This document shows, piece by piece, positions 57,010 to 64,000 of a DNA stretch of 64,000 bases; positions within the stretch are counted from its first letter, which is position 1, and every line of letters begins with the position of its first letter. The notes beneath the pieces were generated by a model. That model had not been told where the DNA came from, searched no databases, and saw only the letters and a list, made by a program, of their open reading frames with translations. Source of the stretch: Paraspadella gotoi (taxonomy: Eukaryota > Animalia > Chaetognatha); assembly GCA_051294375.1 (NCBI GenBank), contig CM119269.1:10646883-10710882 (forward strand). The letters run 5' to 3'. A program made the position numbers and the translations under genes.

Positions 57010-59329
57010 CTTCTCCGAAGACGACGATAACGACGACGACAACGACGACAATGATTTATTGTTTGGCCGACCCAGCGACGCTATGAATGCGAGCGGTGGA
57101 GGGCGATGGAGATGAGGTAAGGAAAACGAGAGGTAAGAGAGGGTACAGCGCGGTAGAAGCGCTTGGAATATGGACTGGTGAGTTTGAGTGAGAGCACGAA
57201 CAATCAAAAACATAAAAAAACAAAAAATTTTTTGTGTTAAATTTTTACATTTTACCAAAGACGTTTTCTTTATTTCAAATGAAAGAGGCAATTGAATCCT
57301 CTTAAAGCAACAGTTTGGAGTGCCAATTGATACGCTCATAGTGTTTCTTGACAGAATGGGGGGGCGAAATCGTTGGTGCGTCGTCTATTCAGAAAGGCGG
57401 TCACCGAAAAAATGCGGAGAGGAGTGGCGGAGAAGATTTGGAGATTCGAGAACTAGTGAGAGAGAAAGTCTAAGTGCTGCTCCTTAGAGCCGAGAAAATT
57501 TTCGGAGGGATTGGGTATTGTGGAAGAGGGGGAAAGGGGAAAGGGGAAGGGCAGGGAAGGATAAGAGGATAAGAGTCACCTAGGTAAGGGAGAACGGGAA
57601 GAGAGATAGAGAAAATTGGACAGGGCTGACATAAAGGGAGAGCAAAAACAAAATGGTATAAATGAGGGGGCAAGGCGTAAATTACCATGTAAGGTGAAAG
57701 ACGTAAATTAAAATGGGAAAATATATGACTCGACTAAAAATGATCACCAAAGCCAAATAACTTATTAAATGAAACGATACGCCATAAGCAGGCCTAACCT
57801 CAGTCCTCACAAGGAAGTGTCGAACGTCGGTGATCTCACTCCTTCACTGTTTTTGTTTCAGATTTTTTCTATCGGTTTTTTTTTCTCATGTCAGTTTTTT
57901 CCTGTTGAGGAATCTCGTTTGATTTTTGTCTCTCCAGTCGTCGATGCTAAAGATGGTGAATGAACGTTGAAATGATGAATGAATGAATAATGAACGTTGA
58001 ATGATGAAATGACTTGAAGTTGAATGATCTCTCAGATCGCGAATATTAAAAATGGTTAACTCGAAGAGGCAAAAGGATTTTCACGTATCACGTTTTCAAA
58101 AACTACCTCTCATCCTCCGTCCTCTCGACCGAACGCGCGACCTTTCCCGCCATAATCCCACAACTCGAGAAGTCACGTGATCCGGGGTCGCAGTCGACGA
58201 GCGAGGACGTCGCGCCTGATCCGCGCCACCGTGAAAGCCCCCGAACTTTTATCGGGATTTCTCAAAAAAAAAAAAAAAAAAAAAAGAGAAAGAAAAAACG
58301 AAATAAAAATAAAATACGTTCTTCGATGGAGTAACGAAAACGCGGCGTAAACAAATTGAGGCGGGTAAGGCTCCCCCACGTCATCTCTCGCCGCGAGCGG
58401 ATGCGTGTCTTTGTCATCATGAGATCGTGGAGAGGGAAAGGGTCTCGAGTCGTCACGTGAGTCCCCTTGGACTTTCAATCAACCCCCCTGTTGAATTAGA
58501 GGGGGGCAAGATAAGACGCCTTGCCGAACGGATTTTGTCCGTTGTGCGATCTGTCTTAAAGACAAATTTTCTTTTTCTACTATATTAAATAATTGTAATA
58601 TTGGTAATCACGTCTCATTACAGAGTTATTTAACACACATGGATAATCTATACTGGTATGAGTTGTCCATATTTTGCGTCAATTTTATTTTTGCAAGTTA
58701 AAAATTTTTCTATAGATGGTAGTTTTTCTTATTTCCGTGTCCCTCGGTATCAATAGATCTGTTATATTCTTGCAAAGAAAACTTTTTCGTATTTCTGGTT
58801 TCGGGCGAAATGTCACATGTGGTATTTGTAAAAAGTCGGATCATAAACTTTTTACATGTTAAGCCTATCTAACGACGCTAACAGCAACCAACCCCGAAAT
58901 CACAGCTCCAACCTAACGACCAACTCATGCAACCGACTCAAACAACAACCGACCGACCAATACTGCCAGACCGAGGGGCGTCTCTGCGAAAGATGCGTCG
59001 CGAAGAAATCCACGGAGTTTAAAGGGGAAACAGTTGAGTTACGAAATCCGCTTCGGGGGGACCCGCCAAAAAAAAAAAGAAGAGATAAAGAGTGCCGACT
59101 AAAAAGATTAAACATACGAGAGAAGATGATGAGGAGAGTAAGGGGAACAAAACAGTATTTAAGGAGAGGATAAGGGTTGAGATTATGAGGAGGAGGAGGA
59201 GGGAGAAGAAGAGAAAGGACAGCGTCGCGGAGGGTTAACGCGGGATTTTAAACCCCCTTTTTGCGCGCTTAAGGACAGATTTATTCGGGGAAGAGTCACG
59301 GGTTCGCCTTCGGAAAAAAAAGGCGAGAA

Positions 59330-59369
<40 letters not shown>

Positions 59370-60046
59370 AGAGAGAGAGAGAAGAGAGAGAGTGCGTGAA
59401 GATATCAAGATTTGCCGAAAAGTAGCGCGCGCGAGGGGATGAGGGCGAAAACTGAGATCGGGGTGAGTCTTCGCGAGTGCCGCTGGGGGGGGGGCTTCGG
59501 GGGGCGAAGGCTGTAGAAAGAGGGTAAGGCGTTGTCGAAGCGAGAAAGGAGCTGAAGCGTGTGGGCCGGCGGTTAATGCTAATTTTGAGCGAGGCAAGCT
59601 AAGGCATGGCGGGAGTTAAGGCCGATTTGTTTCTGGTCCTTAAGAAAGACGCATATTTTTGGTTTTAAGGCTTTCTAGTAGGGGAGATTTTGCGGAAGCC
59701 AAAAGAAAACGACTCCGATAAATTACTCCTGTCCAGGCGAGGGATTTACGTACAGGGCGATCATGTCGAGAAAAAAAACAGGTCCTTGAAACGGATGTGG
59801 CTTTTCTGAGACGATTCGGCCGGAGAGAGAGAGAGAGAGAAGAGAGAGAGAGGAGAGAGAGAGAGTAGAGAGATTTGAGGGGGCGAGAGACGAGAGAGCC
59901 CAGAGAGAGCCACCGAGTGTTAAAAACGATCCTCCAAAAGGGGGCAACGGGATTGGAGTCGTCGCCAGCCAAGAAGCCTTGTTTTGTTTATCGGCCCACC
60001 AGAGGAGAGAGAGATAAGAGAAGAAGAGGAGAGAGACAGAGAAAGA

Positions 60047-60096
<50 letters not shown>

Positions 60097-63000
60097 AGAG
60101 AGAGAGAAAGAGAAAGCAGGTGAGCAGAGAGCACAAAAGCGGAACAAAAAATCCCGATCAACCGTGTGTTGATTAAAATATTTGACTCCGAAATAAGAAC
60201 CCTGTCAATATAATCATGGTGTGGCTCTCGCGATGTTTCATGGTTGTCTCCTTACTTGAAGAAAAGGAGCTTCGGATTTTTTTTATCCCTTGGTTTTGTT
60301 TATCTTCTTCCCATCCGACATCATATATGCAGCCTGTAGAGCTTAAAAATTCTAGCGGAGTCTCTGGCTTTATGTGTTGGATTTTATACAATCTAAGTAA
60401 GACCAGACTAGTGGAATAGAATATGAATAGATAGAAAACAGACTTAGTAAAATATACAAACAGCATGAGCTATTGCTTTTAAGCTTAATATTACGGATTA
60501 TTTTCTCGCACTCCTCTCCTCTTTTATTGTCATTCTTTGCTTCTGCCTTCGGCCATTGCCCACTTTCTTTCGACGCCTCCAATCTTCGCTCCACCGCATT
60601 TCATTCCATGCTACACGTCTTTTCGACGACGAGAGAGTGGAAGGGGGAAAGGTTTGGTAGGATAGTTGGCGAGGAGTTCGGTGTGGGGTCGGATGGTAGT
60701 TGAGGGAAGTAGGGGGCGCTCTTTCCCGATCGCGACCTTTTTTTTCGTCTTTTCTATGTTTTGAAAAAGGTAAGGGAAAAAAAATATCATCGCAAAAAAA
60801 AAAAAAAGGTTTCGTACACAAACAGGGATCTCCTTTATTCACGTCTGGGGTCTTTTTGTGCACAATAGACGGAATAATGCCGAAGTAGCTCAAAAATGGG
60901 CAGTGTGCGCCTCGATTCAGTGCTCGGAGTGTTCTTTGATGCGCTGCTGCGATTGGGCGCTCTTTTGATGGGCGCTGGCTGCCGCTGATGGAAAGAAGGG
61001 CCTGGTGAGGATTAGAAGCGCGGCGTGTGGGGCGGTAGCGTCGTGGAGGCGCGATATGGCGCGGGGATAGATAGTGGGCGCGAGGAATAGGCATTGGTCG
61101 TCGTCTGTCGATTCGTCTGGGCAAGCTCCAGTGGCTCGGTCCAACGTGTAGGTCTCAGAAGGAAAGAAAGAGGTGGACGGGCGGTTCAACGAAAGGAATG
61201 AGTTGAAGTGGGCGGAGGGGACGAGGAAGGAGGCAAGATGGCGGAGCGGGTGGTCTGAGCGTGCAGAATTGTCCAGAAGAGAGAGAAGGAAGTCAAAGGT
61301 CCGGCATCCTTGCAATGGTCGCGGGCTTTTTGTCCTTCCTACGGCGTATGCTCGTCGCGAGAGAAGTCCTGGTTGCAGGGGAGGGGGGAGAGAGGGCGAG
61401 ACTCGGGACAGAAGAAGAGGATGGCAGGGCCCTTGAGCGTTTTGCGCGAATGCGGGTGAGGCGTTCCAGGACCCGGCAGTCCGTCTGAGCGCGGAGAGGG
61501 TTGAAGATGGGGGTGACGCGTGGTCTCAGCGACTCATTCTTCAAGGCATATTCTGTGGATCTTCACCATAGATCGCTGCAGGTGAGGAAGGAAGGGACAG
61601 AATTCATTGGTAGGGGGAAGCGTCGGGACCTTCGTCCATGCGAAAGAACCGGGTGGTTAAGGCCCAGGGTCTGGGTATGGAGATGGGATGCGTGAGACTG
61701 CGCGCTGGTAGTGGGATGGGGTCTCAGGGGGAGGAGGGAGGGGAAGGAGGGGGACCAATGAACGGGAATTGAGTCCAAAAGCCCGAAAGGGTGCGGCGGC
61801 AGAATTAGGGGGCGGGAGGATAGTGGTGTGAGTGCAAATGGGTGGTGGTTTTACCAAAGTCGTCGACATAGGCTTAGCGGAGATATTGCACCTAACCTAG
61901 AAATAATTATATGGAGAATTTTTATGTTTTTGAAAAAAGAGAGAGAAGAGGATGAAAATTTCAGGAATCGTCTTTTGTGAAGAGACAAAGGGTTCAGGTC
62001 CGTCCCAGCTGTTTTGGAGGCTTTATCCGTATTAATGGTCGTCTCTTTGTCGGCTGTGCGGGGGTGAGGGTGCCATAATGCTAGGTGGACCCGGTAGGAT
62101 TACGTATAGGAGACAAATCGTAGATCCTTTCTCATATGCGATTAATCGGGCGAACTATCATGGCTACTATAACTCACGATGTTGCAGCAACGTTCCAGTC
62201 AGGTCGGTAACCTTGCGTAGGGCAAGGGCTTGGAGTGAAGATTGGAAGAAAAGATGTCCGGATAAGGAATTTCAGTCGAGAAGGTCAGAGCAGGAAGTAG
62301 GTTTGATTTGATGCGGATAATTTGGATACAGAAGGTATTGTCTTTGATAGTGGGAGTTGATACGTAATGGGGGTGGAAACTGAGGGGGTAGCGTGGGTGA
62401 GATAACCAAAGCGTGAAAATTTGAGAGGGAAGAGAGGCTGGCGCAAGGAGTAGGGAGGTGTGAGAAAAGGGGAAGGGAGATGAAAAATGAAAGATAATGA
62501 GGTCAAAAAAAAATAACAAAAAGCGAACAAGGCCAAAAAAAATTAAATTGATTGAAGAATGGCAAAAAAAGGAGATAAAGGCCGGAAAGTCGAGAAAGAA
62601 GAAAAAAGTTAAAATGAAAAAAACGCAGAAAATAAAATTAAAAAGAAAAATAAAAGGGAAAAATAAGAATGAAAGAGAATCGACATTGTCGATTCCAGAG
62701 CGAATTTCGCGGGGTATTATTGGCGGATATATCTCTGTCGACACGGTTTCGCAGAATATATCTCAGATCTGGACAGCGTTCGATAAAAAAATATAATTCT
62801 AGACGGCGCTATAAATTATAATCTGAATTTTTATTTATTTTTTTGGAGTGCCTCCTGATTGTGTGCGGAGCGTATTGCGAGAATTTTACAAAATTCATCA
62901 AATCAAATTGAAGTCAAACGGGTAAGACCCCGTTAAGTAGTCGACATCCGTCATTTCTTGTCTGTCTCCTTACTCGTCGAGTTGCAGATAAAAGTTGATG

Positions 63001-64000
63001 AATAAAAAAAATTAGGTGGTGACGAGGGTGAAGAAAGAAAAAAAATTGACAGATTTTCCAAATACAGCTGCTCGTCAATCCACTCTCTTTGCTCTCTCTC
63101 CTCTCTCTCTCTGCTCTCTTCTATTTCTCGTTTTTGTTGTGATGACAACGGTGTGTCTCCCTCTCTAACGTAGTTTCCCATCTTCACCCTGCTGCGTTTC
63201 TTCGACTTGATGCGCAATTGATATTAAATTGACGCAAACGATTTAAATATTTCACCTTGGATATAGCAGATTATCATTTAACTTGATTAGATTAAACTCT
63301 CAAGAGGTATTTGTTGCCCCATTTTTTTTACTTTTTTAATTTTTATTTTTATTTTTTATTTTTTTCTAACCTTAAGTTCGCGGTTATTAATTTTTTATTT
63401 GAAAACAAAAAAAAATCTGGAAATAGAGAAAATTAAGAATTAATATGCGAGGGGTTTGTATATATGACTATATATGAGAAACATTAAAGATTTTTATTTT
63501 GCGAATTTCTCTTTAAAAATTAATATTACTTAGGGTGCGTTTGTGCGACAGAAGTACGCTTTGGATGATTGGCGGATAGAGACGTCGAAGTTAATAGCTC
63601 TCGAAATTGAACAGATATCGATCGTTTAGAATTAATGAAAGAATTGATTAGCGCCTTGAAGACGCATGCAGTACAAATAATAGAAATACAGAATTGGCTG
63701 CTAAAAAGTCACTTTTATTCTTGGAAATAGAATATATATACAGAGAGTGAATTCATAAAAAATTAAATTTTATGAGTTTATTTCGTACAAAGTATAATGA
63801 AAAAATTGTTATAAGATTTTGTGTGTGTTTTTAACAGAAGGGCAATTGAGCGTCCACGTAATTCAAGATCGAGGTTCTCGGTCGAACATAATCGCCGCGA
63901 CGGACGATATCTGTCTTTCTCCGATTCCTTTCGTTTTTTTCGAAAGAAAGATAAGTTTTCGCACCTTTCATTCGTTTTCTTTCGTCTCTCTGTGCTTTTT
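56299..64000 (+). other. Third error-rich copy (of 38473-43110, then 51919 to ~53600)
   Basis: Begins just after another 25-N gap (56216-56240); TGTAAATTCTGGTGAAGAT anchors to ~38472 and GAGCGTCCACGTAATTCAAG at ~63848 anchors to ~53573. Confidence 0.88.

Noticed and set aside
60498-61124. 208-aa ORF in the GC-rich 60.9-61.7 kb stretch
   Set aside because: Lies in a low-quality read-derived copy that disagrees with the two other versions of the same locus; no recognisable protein features.

Overview
Animal (invertebrate, probably lophotrochozoan/mollusc-like; inferred from protein style only) genomic DNA, extremely rich in (AG/CT)n microsatellites, so almost all ORFs in the supplied track are spurious. 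Two real genes lie on the minus strand. (1) A polypeptide N-acetylgalactosaminyltransferase (GALNT, pgant9/gly-5-like): I could splice nine in-phase exons (32316 to 359, about 457 codons), grouped in three triplets separated by 15.3-kb and 11.4-kb introns. Its N-terminal TM exon and the last lectin exons are not visible in the window. (2) A three-exon cytosolic-fold (SULT1-like) sulfotransferase of 423 aa (36495 to 34760) with an unusual hydrophobic N-terminus, an internal insertion and an acidic C-tail ending in KKxx. The GALNT introns hold a 2036-bp non-autonomous hAT-like element with an exact 8-bp TSD and a degenerate hammerhead-like fold near its centre, two tRNA-derived SINE-like copies, and a 26-bp minisatellite with a 7-unit higher-order period. 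About 16 kb of the right part (43.1-51.9 kb and 56.3-64 kb) consists of indel-riddled re-copies of 35.6-43.1 kb and 51.9-53.6 kb, each abutting a gap of exactly 25 N. These are most likely long-read gap-filling artefacts, one possibly from the other haplotype.
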